The position numbers and the translations under genes are program-made. DNA of 53,568 nucleotides, from assembly GCA_041498315.1 (NCBI GenBank), contig JBGQIE010000003.1, positions 1 to 53,568 of the forward strand, written 5' to 3'. Shown here in pieces: positions 29,410 to 43,000 of this stretch. How positions within the stretch are numbered: the stretch's first letter is position 1; every line of letters starts with the position of its first letter. The notes beneath the pieces are model-generated. The model ran no database searches, was not told the DNA's origin, and worked only from the letters and a program-made list of their open reading frames with translations. Origin of the DNA: Candidatus Eiseniibacteriota bacterium (lineage in GTDB: Bacteria > Eisenbacteria > RBG-16-71-46).

Positions 29410-30807
29410 ATGGCCGGCCAGCCCGAGAAGTCGAAGGAAGTCCTTCACGTCTGGGCGCAGGTCCTCGCGTCGGTGAAGAGCCGGATCGAAAGCGAGCAGG
29501 CGTTCGAGACCTGGTTCAAGCCGATCACCCCGCGCGAGATCAGCCCCCAGCTCGTCGAGCTCGAAGTCCCCAACGCGTTCTTCGTGGACTGGATCCACGA
29601 ACACCACCTTCCCGCCCTGCGCCAGAGCCTCATCCAGGTGCTGGGCGCGACACCCGAGATCCGCTTCACCCCGCACGAGCCCGCGGCCCTGCCCCACGGG
29701 GCGCCCACGGTGCCGCCCGAGCTGCGACCCGCGGGTCCGACGGGTGCTCAGGCGATCGCCGCCCCGCGCTCCTGGCTCGAGAGCCAGCTCAATCCGCGCC
29801 TCACGTTCGATTGCTTCGTCGTCGGCCCGAGCAACCGCTTCACCCACGCCGCATGCCGCGCCGTCGCGGCGCGTCCCGCGACGGTCTACAACCCGCTCTT
29901 CATCTTCGGCGGCTCCGGGCTCGGCAAGACCCATCTGCTCCACGCGGTCGGCCACGCGGTCAAGCAGGCGCGCCCCGAGGCCCGGGTGTTCTACGTGCCG
30001 GCCGAGCGCTTCACGAACGAGATGATCTATTCGATCCAGCACGCCCAGACGCTGGCGTTCCGCAACAAGTACCGCAACGTGGACGTGCTGCTCATCGACG
30101 ACATCCAGTTCCTGGCCGGGAAGGAGAGCACCCAGGAGGAGTTCTTCTACACGTTCAACGCGCTGCGCGACGCCCACAAGCAGATCGTCGTGACCGCGGA
30201 CAAGCCGCCCAAGGACATCCAGAAGCTCGAGGAACGGCTCACCTCGCGCTTCAACCAGGGCCTGGTCACCGACATCCAGCAGCCCGATCTCGAGACCCGG
30301 ATCGCGATCCTGCGCAACCGCTTCGAGCAGGAGGGCGAGGGACGGGCGCTGCCCGAGGACGTGCTGCTGCTCATCGCCGATCGCATTCGCAGCAACATCC
30401 GCGACCTCGAGGGATGCCTGGTGCGCCTCATGGCCGTGGCCTCGCTCACCCACCGCGACATCACGCTCGAGCTCGCCGAGGAGGTGCTCCAGCACTACGT
30501 CAACCCCGAGGTCGACCAGATGACGCCCGAGCGCATCCTGCTCATGGTGGGCGAGCGCTTCGGCATCGACGGCGAGGCGCTGTGCGGGCCGCGACGCACG
30601 CGCACCGTCGCGCTGCCGCGCCAGGTCGCGATGTACCTCACGCGCCAGCTCACCGACCTGTCGCTGGTCGAGATCGGGCGCATGTTCGGAGGCCGCGACC
30701 ACACCACCGTGATGTACGCCTGCGACAAGGTGGGCACGATGATCACCAAGGACGACGGTTTCGCCGAGAAGATCAACGGTCTGATCTCCACCCTCGCCTC
30801 CGGATGA
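29410..30807 (+). CDS. dnaA: Chromosomal replication initiator DnaA
   Basis: YNPLFIFGGSGLGKTHL, LIDDIQFL, RLTSRF, GGRDHTTV. Confidence 0.98.
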   Translation: MAGQPEKSKEVLHVWAQVLASVKSRIESEQAFETWFKPITPREISPQLVELEVPNAFFVDWIHEHHLPALRQSLIQVLGATPEIRFTPHEPAALPHGAPTVPPELRPAGPTGAQAIAAPRSWLESQLNPRLTFDCFVVGPSNRFTHAACRAVAARPATVYNPLFIFGGSGLGKTHLLHAVGHAVKQARPEARVFYVPAERFTNEMIYSIQHAQTLAFRNKYRNVDVLLIDDIQFLAGKESTQEEFFYTFNALRDAHKQIVVTADKPPKDIQKLEERLTSRFNQGLVTDIQQPDLETRIAILRNRFEQEGEGRALPEDVLLLIADRIRSNIRDLEGCLVRLMAVASLTHRDITLELAEEVLQHYVNPEVDQMTPERILLMVGERFGIDGEALCGPRRTRTVALPRQVAMYLTRQLTDLSLVEIGRMFGGRDHTTVMYACDKVGTMITKDDGFAEKINGLISTLASG

Positions 30808-31020
30808 ACGGTGAGCAACAGGTGGACAAATGGGGAAAACACCGCCCCGCTGGAGCGACGCGGGACGGTGTGTGTAATGAGGCCGACTTGTTCACAGCCG
30901 CTCTCGATGTTGTAATCCGTTGCGCGTGAAAGCATTACGTCTCATCCGCAGGCTCTCATCACAATCCCAACAGCGCCTTCTACGACGGTCTTCTTAATGA
31001 TTGAAATACATAGACTTAGA
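30808..31020. other. oriC part 2: degenerate DnaA boxes, DnaA-trio-like tract and AT-rich unwinding element
   Basis: TGGGGAAAA, TGTGTGTAA, TTGTTCACA; TCATCACAATCCCAACA-GCGCC-TTCTACGAC followed by TTCTTAATGATTGAAATACATA. Confidence 0.72.
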
Positions 31021-31171
31021 AGGCTGTCGGGAGAGTCGAAATCGCTTGCGGCCCGAACCACCGCCGCCTATGATGCGGCTCGCTAGGCCCTGACCCCTTC
31101 CGGGGCGGGCCGCTCCCGAGCGTGGAACTGTCGGCCCCCCTTGGGTTTCCCTCGAGTCACGGAGTGATCGT

Positions 31172-34573
<3,402 letters not shown>

Positions 34574-34574
<1 letters not shown>

Positions 34575-35203
34575 TGCGGCTGCCTCGCGGATCGTGCGCG
34601 CGCGCCGTCGGGCTGATCGGGCTCTGCCTCCTGCCCGGCCTGCCGGCCGCGCGCGCGTCGGCCGCGGCGTTCGGGATTCCCGAGGTCACGGGCAGCCTCG
34701 CCAGCACGTTCGCGATCGCGGGCGATGTGAAGAAGGGCGGCGCCGCGGTGCAGCTGAGCGGACTGTGGCCGGTGGGAGGCCCCGCGGGCCCGGCGAGCTT
34801 CGGACTCGGCCTGTGGGCGGCGGACGCGGGACAGGCGGTGGTCCGGCTTCGCGACCCCAACGACGGCGTCGATCTCGGGGCGGTCGGAGCCCCCTCGGTG
34901 GCGGCGATCGGCATCGGGATGGTGGCGGACCTCCACCCCGACGTCATGCGGCGCAAGGACGACTCGGGGGCGGCGACCGGCCCCTTCCTGAGCGGGGCCC
35001 TGGGCATCTACAAGGTGAGCACCAGCGCGCAGCAGCGCCTGATCCACGCCGACGGCAGCCTGGGCTGGAGCGCCGGGGGCGGCTGGCGCTTCCGCATCGC
35101 CAACCGCGTCACCATCGGACCCGCGCTTCACTACCATCGCCTCATATTCGACGACCGGCTGGCCCGCTTCATGACCGCCGGCCTGGATTGGGTTTGGCGC
35201 TGA
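34574..35203 (+). CDS. Hypothetical exported, probably beta-barrel, protein
   Basis: TGATG overlap with gyrB; signal peptide; strands PFLSGALGIY, LGWSAGGGWRF, FMTAGLDWVWR. Confidence 0.65.
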
Positions 35204-35212
35204 GGAGATGAC

Positions 35213-37756
35213 ATGTCGCTGAACGACCGCACCAAGATCGTCCATACCAAGATCGAAGACGAGATGAAGACCAGCTACATCGATTACTCGATGTCGGTCA
35301 TCGTCTCGCGGGCGCTGCCGGACGTTCGCGACGGCCTCAAGCCCTCGCAGCGCCGCATCCTGGTGGCGATGAACGATCTCAACCTGAGCCCGGGCCGCGG
35401 CTACCGCAAGTGCGCCAAGATCGCCGGCGACACCTCGGGCAACTATCACCCGCACGGCGAGGCGGTCGTCTACCCGACGCTGGTACGCCTCGCGCAGCCC
35501 TGGGTCATGCGCTATCCGCTCGTCGACGGCCAGGGCAACTTCGGCTCGATCGACGGCGACGCCCCGGCGGCGATGCGATACACCGAGGCGCGGCTCACCG
35601 CGCTCGCGGTCGAGATGCTCGCGGACCTCGAGAAGCAGACCGTCAACTTCCGCCCCAACTACGACGAGACCCGCGAGGAGCCGAGCGTGCTCCCGGGCGT
35701 GCTCCCCAACCTGATCGTCAACGGGTGCTCGGGGATCGCGGTGGGCATGGCGACCGAGGTGCCCCCGCACAACCTCACCGAGGTGTGCAACGCGATCGCC
35801 CTCGTCATCGATCACCCGGACGCGACCCCGTCCCAGATCATGAAGCTGGTGCGCGGGCCCGACTTCCCGACCGGCGGGATCATCAACGGCGTCCAGGGCA
35901 TCCGCGACTGCTACACGACCGGCCGCGGCCTCATCAAGGTGCGCGCCCGGGTGATCGTCGAGGAGGGCAAGGGCGGGCGCATGAGCCTGATCGCGACCGA
36001 GATCCCGTTCCAGGTCAACAAGGCGACGCTGCTCGAGAAGATCGCCGACCTGGTGCGGGAGGGCAAGGTCACCGGGATCAGCGACCTGCGCGACGAGTCC
36101 GATCGCGACGGCATGCGGATCGTCATCGAGCTCAAGAAGGACGCGAACCCGCGGGTCGTGCTCAACCAGCTGTTCGTGCACACGCCGCTCCAGGCCACCT
36201 TCGGCGCGATCATGCTCGCGCTCGTCAACAACCGGCCCCAGGTCCTCACCCTGCGCGCCCTGATCGACGAGTACATCCGCCACCGGCAGGAGGTGGTGCG
36301 GCGGCGCACCGAGTTCGACCTCGCCGAGGCCGAGAAGCGCGCCCACATCCTCGAGGGCCTCAAGATCGCGCTCGACAACCTCGACGCGGTCATCGCGCTG
36401 ATCCGCAAGGCCAAGGACGTCGAGACCGCGCGCGCCGGGCTGATGACGAGCTTCAAGCTCACCGAGATCCAGGCCAACGCGATCCTGGAGATGCGGCTCG
36501 CCCGTCTCACCGGGCTCGAGCGCTCGAAGATCGAGCAGGAGTACCTCGAGGTCATCCAGCTCATCGAGCAGCTGCGCAGCATCCTCGCGAGCCCCGCGAA
36601 GATGCTCGCGATCATCAAGGGCGAGGTCGAGCGCCTGCGGGACAAGTACGGCGACGAGCGACGCACCGAGATCGCGGTCGAGGAGGGCGAGATCGGCTAC
36701 GAGGACACGATCGAGCAGAAGGACATGGTCATCACGATCTCGCACGCCGGCTACATCAAGCGCCAGGAGGTGAGCGCCTATCGCTCCCAGCGCCGCGGCG
36801 GCAAGGGCGTCATCGGCGCGCGCACCAAGGAAGAGGACTACATCGAGCACCTGTTCGTCGCGAACACCCACGCCTACCTGCTCATCCTCACCGACCGCGG
36901 CCGCTGCTACTGGCTCAAGGTCCACGAGGTCGAGCAGGCCGGGCGCATGGCGAAGGGCCGGCCGCTCGTCAACCACCTCGAGGGGATGAGCCGCGAGGAG
37001 CGGGTCCAGGCGGTGGTCGCGGTCAAGGAGTTCGATGACCGGCACTACCTGGTGTGCGCGACCCGCAAGGGGCTCATCAAGAAGACCGTGCTGTCCGCCT
37101 ACAGCCACCCGCGCAAGGCCGGCATCAACGCCGTGCTGCTCGAGGAGGGCGACGGGCTCATCGACGCGATGCTGACCGACGGCACCCAGGACATCATCCT
37201 CGCCAAGAAGAAGGGGCTCGCGATCCGCTTCCACGAGAGCGAGGTGCGGCCGATGGGCCGCACCGCCTACGGCGTCAAGGCGGTGACCCTCGACGACGAG
37301 GCCGACGAGGTCGTGAGCATGGTGGGGGTCAAGCGGCAGGCGACCCTGCTCGCCGTGACCGAGCACGGCTACGGCAAGCGCAGCGAGATCTCGGAATACC
37401 GGGTCTCGCATCGCGGCGGCAAGGGCATCATCACGATCAAGACCACCGACCGCAACGGCAACATCGTCGCGGTCAAGGAGGTCGTGGACGGCGATGAGCT
37501 GATGATCATCACGCGCTCGGGCCAGCTCATTCGCATGCCGGTGAGCGGAATCTCGGTGATCGGTCGCAACACCCAGGGCGTGCGCCTGGTCAACCTGGCG
37601 GTCGCCGAGGGCGGCGAGCTGCTGCCCGACGCGGTCGCGGCGGTCACCCGGGTCGTGAGCGAAGAGGACGTGGGCGTGAGCCCGGCGGGCGACGGCGTTC
37701 CGCCCGCGGGCGAAGCGGAAGCCGCGGCGGAGGAGCCGGGCCCCGATACGGCGTAG
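35213..37756 (+). CDS. gyrA: DNA gyrase subunit A
   Basis: RALPDVRDGLKP, YHPHG, AAMRYTEAR, GyrA-box QRRGGKG. Confidence 0.98.
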   Translation: MSLNDRTKIVHTKIEDEMKTSYIDYSMSVIVSRALPDVRDGLKPSQRRILVAMNDLNLSPGRGYRKCAKIAGDTSGNYHPHGEAVVYPTLVRLAQPWVMRYPLVDGQGNFGSIDGDAPAAMRYTEARLTALAVEMLADLEKQTVNFRPNYDETREEPSVLPGVLPNLIVNGCSGIAVGMATEVPPHNLTEVCNAIALVIDHPDATPSQIMKLVRGPDFPTGGIINGVQGIRDCYTTGRGLIKVRARVIVEEGKGGRMSLIATEIPFQVNKATLLEKIADLVREGKVTGISDLRDESDRDGMRIVIELKKDANPRVVLNQLFVHTPLQATFGAIMLALVNNRPQVLTLRALIDEYIRHRQEVVRRRTEFDLAEAEKRAHILEGLKIALDNLDAVIALIRKAKDVETARAGLMTSFKLTEIQANAILEMRLARLTGLERSKIEQEYLEVIQLIEQLRSILASPAKMLAIIKGEVERLRDKYGDERRTEIAVEEGEIGYEDTIEQKDMVITISHAGYIKRQEVSAYRSQRRGGKGVIGARTKEEDYIEHLFVANTHAYLLILTDRGRCYWLKVHEVEQAGRMAKGRPLVNHLEGMSREERVQAVVAVKEFDDRHYLVCATRKGLIKKTVLSAYSHPRKAGINAVLLEEGDGLIDAMLTDGTQDIILAKKKGLAIRFHESEVRPMGRTAYGVKAVTLDDEADEVVSMVGVKRQATLLAVTEHGYGKRSEISEYRVSHRGGKGIITIKTTDRNGNIVAVKEVVDGDELMIITRSGQLIRMPVSGISVIGRNTQGVRLVNLAVAEGGELLPDAVAAVTRVVSEEDVGVSPAGDGVPPAGEAEAAAEEPGPDTA

Positions 37757-37832
37757 GACCCGAGCGCGAGCCGCGCGGCCCGCTCCGGAAGCGGAGCGGA
37801 ATCGAGCCCCGCGGCTCTTCACATGGGTCCGC

Positions 37833-37850
37833 TTGTGAAAACATTCACCT
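37833..37850 (+). promoter_or_regulatory. Rex operator (ROP)
   Basis: TTGTGAA-AACA-TTCACCT versus consensus TTGTGAA-N4-TTCACAA, just upstream of rex. Confidence 0.75.
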
Positions 37851-37895
37851 GCGGCGCGGGCCGGCCGATGAAGCCCGCCGCCGCGACGGAAACGC

Positions 37896-38552
37896 ATGGC
37901 GCGCATCTCCGAATCGACCGTCCGCCGTCTGTCCCACTACTACCGGGTCCTCGAGGAAGTCCACGCCGAGGGCAAGCGGATGATCTCGTCGCACCGGCTT
38001 GCCGAGCGCGAGGGCGTGACCTCGGCCCAGGTGCGCAAGGATCTGTCCTATTTCGGCTCGTTCGGCCGCCGCGGGCTCGGCTACAAGGTCGAGCACCTGC
38101 GCGAGGAGATCCGCTCGATCCTGGGGCTCGACCGGCGCTGGCGCGTCGCCCTGGTGGGCGCGGGCCACATCGGATCGGCGCTGCTCGCCTACCGCGGGTT
38201 CGCCGCCCAGGGCTTCGACGTGGTCGCGATCTACGACCGCGATCCGGGCCGGGTGGGCCAGAAGATCGCGGGCCTCGTGGTTCAGGACGCGGCCGCCATC
38301 CCCGGCGTCGCCGCGCTCGGCGTGGACATCGGCGTCATCGCGACCCCGCCCGCGGCGGCCCAGGAGGTGGCCGAGGCGCTGGTCGCCGCGGGGGTGCACG
38401 GCATCCTCAATTTCGCCCCGCGCAAGCTGTTCGTCCCCGCGAACGTGGCGCTGCGCACCGTGGACATGACGATGGAGCTCGAGAGCCTCTCCTTCGCGCT
38501 CCACCAGGCTCGCGCGCCGCGCCGCCGTCGCGCCCGCGCCGGCGGCGAGTAG
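37896..38552 (+). CDS. rex: Redox-sensing transcriptional repressor Rex
   Basis: TVRRLSHYYR, QVRKDLSYFGSFGRRGLGY, VGAGHIG, GILNFAP. Confidence 0.96.
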   Translation: MARISESTVRRLSHYYRVLEEVHAEGKRMISSHRLAEREGVTSAQVRKDLSYFGSFGRRGLGYKVEHLREEIRSILGLDRRWRVALVGAGHIGSALLAYRGFAAQGFDVVAIYDRDPGRVGQKIAGLVVQDAAAIPGVAALGVDIGVIATPPAAAQEVAEALVAAGVHGILNFAPRKLFVPANVALRTVDMTMELESLSFALHQARAPRRRRARAGGE

Positions 38553-38594
38553 CGGATTTCGCCGCCCCGGCCGCGCCCGGGCGCCCGCGCCGCG

Positions 38595-39461
38595 ATGGTG
38601 GCGGCGACCCTGCTGTGGGGCGCCACCTTCGTCGCCTCGCGCGACCTGCTGCACGCGATCGGACCCGTCGAGCTGGTGTGCGTGCGGTTCATCGCCGCCG
38701 CGGCGGTCTTCGCGCTCGTCCTGCTCGCGCGCCGTCTCGTCCGCGGACGTGCGGCCGCCGGGGAGGCACGCGGAGGCGTGGCCGCGGCACTCGCGGGCGG
38801 TGCGGTCTCGGGGCTCCTGGGGGCGGGTGGCTACCTGTTCCAGGCCGTCGGCCTCACGCGCACCAGCGCGGGCAGCTCGGCGTTCCTGACCTGCGTGGGC
38901 ACCGTGTTCGCCGCGCTGTTCGCATGGCCGCTGCTGGGCCAGCGTCCTTCGGGCGCACTGGTTCAGGGCATGGTGCTCGCGCTCCTGGGCTCGTTGCTCC
39001 TGTCGTCGGGCGCCGGCTTCTCCGTCGGGCCGGGGGAGGCCTGGACGCTGGCGGGGGCGGTGGTCTACGCGCTCCAGATCGTTGCGGTGGCGCACTGGGT
39101 GGTTCGCGCCGACGTGCTCCTGCTCACCGGGGTCCAGACCGCGGTGGTGGCACTCGTTCTGCTGCCGTTCGCGGGCCGCGCCCCGGTGGAGCTTGCGGCC
39201 CTGGGCGCGACCGACCTGTGGCGCCTCGCCTACCTCGCGCTCGCCGGCAGCCTGATCGCCCCGCTCCTCCAGGTCACAGCACAAGCCGCGCTCAGCGCCG
39301 GGCGGATCGCCCTGCTGTTCGCGCTCGAGCCGGTCTTCGGGTTGGGGTTCGCGCTCACGCTGGGCGGCGAGCGCTTCGCCGCCCACTGGTGGCTGGGCGC
39401 GGCGCTCATCCTTTCCGGCGTGCTGCGGGTGGAGTGGCGCGGGCGGGCGGGCGGGACTTGA
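38595..39461 (+). CDS. EamA/DMT family transporter
   Basis: LWGATF, FQAVGLTRTSAG, LFALEPVF; about 10 TM. Confidence 0.88.
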   Translation: MVAATLLWGATFVASRDLLHAIGPVELVCVRFIAAAAVFALVLLARRLVRGRAAAGEARGGVAAALAGGAVSGLLGAGGYLFQAVGLTRTSAGSSAFLTCVGTVFAALFAWPLLGQRPSGALVQGMVLALLGSLLLSSGAGFSVGPGEAWTLAGAVVYALQIVAVAHWVVRADVLLLTGVQTAVVALVLLPFAGRAPVELAALGATDLWRLAYLALAGSLIAPLLQVTAQAALSAGRIALLFALEPVFGLGFALTLGGERFAAHWWLGAALILSGVLRVEWRGRAGGT

Positions 39462-40926
39462 GCGCGTCGTCGAGCCACAGCAGGAAGCGGGGGAGCAGCG
39501 TGGAGTCGGAGCGGAGCTGGGCGACGCCGTGGCCGGCCTGGGTGCCCTCGACGACCCGCGAGGCGGCATGGTTCCCGGCCTGGTAGAGCAGGTCGGTGAC
39601 CTCGTAGCTGAAGTCGAAGTCCTCGGGCGCGATCTGGAAGAAGGCCGGCACGCGCGACGCGCCTAGGTCGGCGCACATCGGGCCGCGGTCCACCTCGGGG
39701 ATGAACGGGCTCACGAGCAGCAGGGCGCGCACGCTTCGATCGAGCCGCGCGGCCTGGGCGGCGCTGACGCAGGTCGAGGTGGTGCCGACGACCAGGATGC
39801 GGGTGGTGTCGACCGGGGTCGTGGCGGCGAGCTGGCGCAGCGCCGGACGCACGTCGAGCGCGCACTGGCGCTCGAGCTTCTCCTCGCGCCCCTCCCAGGC
39901 GTCGGGGAGCGGACAGGCGGGTGAGACCGACCAGTCGGTTCCGCGCGCGGGGACCAGGATGGTCGAGACCCCGTGGCCGCGCAGCGCGATGACCAGGCTG
40001 TCGTAGGCGGCGAGCGTGTCGCTGGGCGCCATGAGCACGACCGCGCCGGGGGCGCGCGCCGGCGACGTCGCGCCGCCCGCGGGCACCACGATGCCGGTGA
40101 GCCGGAATCCGTCGGTGCCGGGAAAGAGCACGCGCCGGCCGCCCCAGGACTCGAACAGCCGCTGCGCGCGCGCGTCGCGCCCATGGATCTCGGCGTCCAC
40201 CCGCGCCCCGGGCGGCACGCGCTCCCCGAGCTTCGCCGCCGCGGCCTCGAGCTGCTGCATGACGTCGGGGTCCTGCTTGCGCGAGGCCACCGCGACCGGA
40301 AACAGGAGGTCGTAGGCCTTGCGTGCGTCGCCGGTCGCGAGCGTGGGCAGGGCCATGCGATAGCGCCACTCCCACCGCAGGCCGGGCATGTCCTCGGCGG
40401 CCTGGAACATCGCCGCGGCGCTGTCGGCATGGCCGGCCAGGAAATGGGCCCACGCCATCCGCCGCTCGAGCCACACCAGCGTGTAGGCGGTCTCGCTGCC
40501 GGCCTCGGCGATCGCGGGCGCGAGCTCGCGCAGCACCGCCGCGGCATCCCCCGGCGCCTCGCGGAGCAGGCGCGCGTCGGTCAGCGCCAGCAGCTCTTCG
40601 CGACTGTTGCGCAGGCTCAAGGCCGACTGGTAGGCGGCGATGGCGCTGTCGAGCAGGCCGGCGCGGGAGAAGCTCTCTCCCTGATAGTAGCGGGCCTCGC
40701 CGGCCGAGTTCGGATTGTGGGCGGCCTCGGCGTTCGCGAGCGAGTCGAGCTGGGCGCGCAGGCTCGCGGCCGACACCGCCCGGGAGAGGATGGCCTGGGT
40801 GGGCGTCGCGGGAATGGCGGCGAGCGTGGGCGTCGCGAGCAGCGCGGCCAGGGCGGCGGCGCCGGCGAGCGTCACCGCCCCGCGGCGCCAGCGGCCCGGC
40901 CGCTCCTTCGTTTGCTCGCGCATCAT
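39406..40926 (-). CDS. Exported protein with TPR-like helices and C-terminal alpha/beta-hydrolase-like domain
   Basis: Signal peptide; EARYYQGESFSRAGLLDSAIAAYQSAL; FPGTDGFRLTG, VDTTRILVVG, ALLLVSP, AGHG. Confidence 0.65.
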   Translation of the reverse strand: MMREQTKERPGRWRRGAVTLAGAAALAALLATPTLAAIPATPTQAILSRAVSAASLRAQLDSLANAEAAHNPNSAGEARYYQGESFSRAGLLDSAIAAYQSALSLRNSREELLALTDARLLREAPGDAAAVLRELAPAIAEAGSETAYTLVWLERRMAWAHFLAGHADSAAAMFQAAEDMPGLRWEWRYRMALPTLATGDARKAYDLLFPVAVASRKQDPDVMQQLEAAAAKLGERVPPGARVDAEIHGRDARAQRLFESWGGRRVLFPGTDGFRLTGIVVPAGGATSPARAPGAVVLMAPSDTLAAYDSLVIALRGHGVSTILVPARGTDWSVSPACPLPDAWEGREEKLERQCALDVRPALRQLAATTPVDTTRILVVGTTSTCVSAAQAARLDRSVRALLLVSPFIPEVDRGPMCADLGASRVPAFFQIAPEDFDFSYEVTDLLYQAGNHAASRVVEGTQAGHGVAQLRSDSTLLPRFLLWLDDALKSRPPARATPPAARRKG

Positions 40927-41663
40927 CCCGCCTCCGCTCGCGTGGGTGATCCCGCGATCTCGAGGAACACGCGCTCGAGCGGGGACGTTCCGGGCGCCAC
41001 CCCACCCCAGTCGGCGCGGCCCAGCTCGCGCGTGATCCGCCCGCGATGGAGGATGATGGCGCGATCGCAGAGCCGCTCGATGGTCTCGGTGACGTGGCTC
41101 GAGAATAGTACCGCGCTTCCGGCGTCCGCCAAAACGCGCAGCTCCGCGCGCGCCGCGATCGCGGCCGCGGCATCGAAGCCCTCGAGCGCCTCGTCGCACA
41201 GCAGCAGCGCGGGGCGGTGGAGGATGGCGGCGACGAACGAGAGCTTCTTGCGCATCCCGTGCGAGTAGCTTCGCACCGGCTCGTCGGCCCGCGCGTCGAG
41301 CTCCATGCGCTCGAGCAGCGCGTGGGCGCGATCGCGCGCCGCCGCCGGATCGAGGCCGCGCACCGCGGCCAGGAACGCCAGGGTCTCGGCGGCCGAGAGC
41401 TCCTCGTAGAAGTCCGGCTCCTCCGCGGCGTAGCCGAGGCGGCGCTTGGCCTCGATCGGGCGCTCGAGCAGATCGACGCCGGCGATCCGGATCCGTCCCG
41501 CATCGGGCGGCTGGAGTCCGGCGACGGTGCGCAGCAGCGTGCTCTTGCCGGCGCCGTTCGCCCCCAGCAGGCCGGTGATCTCGCCCCCACGCGCCTCGAG
41601 GCTCACGCCGTCGAGCGCGACCAGCGCCCCGTAGCTCCGCGTGAGGCCGGCGACCTCGAGCAT
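40923..41663 (-). CDS. ABC transporter ATP-binding protein
   Basis: GANGAGKST, YSHGMRKK, LLCDE, SSH. Confidence 0.92.
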   Translation of the reverse strand: MLEVAGLTRSYGALVALDGVSLEARGGEITGLLGANGAGKSTLLRTVAGLQPPDAGRIRIAGVDLLERPIEAKRRLGYAAEEPDFYEELSAAETLAFLAAVRGLDPAAARDRAHALLERMELDARADEPVRSYSHGMRKKLSFVAAILHRPALLLCDEALEGFDAAAAIAARAELRVLADAGSAVLFSSHVTETIERLCDRAIILHRGRITRELGRADWGGVAPGTSPLERVFLEIAGSPTRAEAG

Positions 41664-42913
41664 CACGACCCCGCGGGCGCGGACCAGCGGCGCAGCCCGA
41701 TGGCGGAGTGAACGAGGGCCGCGAGCAGCAGCACCCAGCCCAGCAGCGGGATCATGAGGCTCGCGGCGACGGCCACGGCCAGGCTCACGCCGAGCACGCG
41801 CCGGGCATGGTCGGCGCGCGGGTGGAGCGTGATGCCGAGCTGCGCCCCGTAGAGCCCCAGGGCGAGTGCGGCGCCCGCGGTCCACGCCAGGAACACCGCG
41901 AGCGCCGGTGGCGCCAGCGCGGGCCGCGCGAGCACCTGGAAGGCGGCGAGCGCGCCGGCGCCCGTCAGCGCCCAGGCGGCGCGCGCTCCCCACACCGGTG
42001 CGGCGCCGAGCGGCAGGCCGCGCAGGGTCGCGAACGGATCGGCGCCGGCCAACTCGATCAGCCATCCCGCGAGCAGCGCTCCCGCGGTGAGCGCGAGCGC
42101 GAACGCCGCGAGGTGCGCGAAGGCGGGGTCCACGGGCAGCCGCCACACCAGGGCGGAGAGCGCCATGACGACGATGAGACTCCGCCCGCGGGCCTGGACT
42201 GGAGGGTTGCGGAGCGCGAGGAGGAGGTCCTTGCGCCACAACGCGCGCCACGGCGCCTCCCGGCGCCAGCGCACGCGCGGCAGGCGCACCGAGCGGGCCT
42301 CGGGCGGGCCGAGTGCCAGGGGGCGCTCGATCGGATGGGGCCGCGACAGCTCGAGGCCGCCCGCGGCGGCCGTGGCCGGCGACGCGAGCAGGAGCGCGAT
42401 CGCGCAGCCCGCGTGCCCGGCGGGAACCAGGAGCGAGGCGAACGCGGCGGCGATGAGGAGCAGGAGCGGGGCGGGCACGAGCCCCACGGCGGCTGCCAGG
42501 GCGCCGAGCGCCGGGACCAGCGCCCACGGCACGATCCGGCGCGCCTCCCAGGCCAGGTGGCGCGCGATCGCGGGCGGGGGGATGGGCAGCGCGAGCCACG
42601 CCGGCTCCGGCCGGTCGGGGCCGCGCAGGCGTCGGGCGTAGCGCGCCCCGGCCGCGATCGCCGCCACCAGGGCGAGAGCCAGGAGCCGCAGCGCGAGCGC
42701 GCGCGCCGCGGCCCCGGGGCCGCCGGCCCGCGCGATCCCGTCGAGCGGAATGCGAAGCTGCCAGCCCACGAACGCGGCGATCAGCGCCGCGATGGCCGCG
42801 ATCTCGAGACGCAGCACCGGGTCGAGTTGCTGGAATCGTCGTCGGAGCAGCGCGCCTTCGAGGTCGCGGAAGGCGCTCGCGAGCGGCACGGGAGGCATCG
42901 GGGTCCGATTCAT
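41663..42913 (-). CDS. Membrane protein, putative ABC exporter permease
   Basis: Multiple TM segments, ALWRKDLLLALRNP motif typical of ABC-2-type permeases; TGATG overlap with ATPase. Confidence 0.7.
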   Translation of the reverse strand: MNRTPMPPVPLASAFRDLEGALLRRRFQQLDPVLRLEIAAIAALIAAFVGWQLRIPLDGIARAGGPGAAARALALRLLALALVAAIAAGARYARRLRGPDRPEPAWLALPIPPPAIARHLAWEARRIVPWALVPALGALAAAVGLVPAPLLLLIAAAFASLLVPAGHAGCAIALLLASPATAAAGGLELSRPHPIERPLALGPPEARSVRLPRVRWRREAPWRALWRKDLLLALRNPPVQARGRSLIVVMALSALVWRLPVDPAFAHLAAFALALTAGALLAGWLIELAGADPFATLRGLPLGAAPVWGARAAWALTGAGALAAFQVLARPALAPPALAVFLAWTAGAALALGLYGAQLGITLHPRADHARRVLGVSLAVAVAASLMIPLLGWVLLLAALVHSAIGLRRWSAPAGS

Positions 42914-43000
42914 GACAGGGCGGGTATTCTATCCGAAGCGCGCCCTTACCCCGCAGCGCGATTGCGGCGCGGCGCGCTCCGGTGGCACCATGCGCCCACC

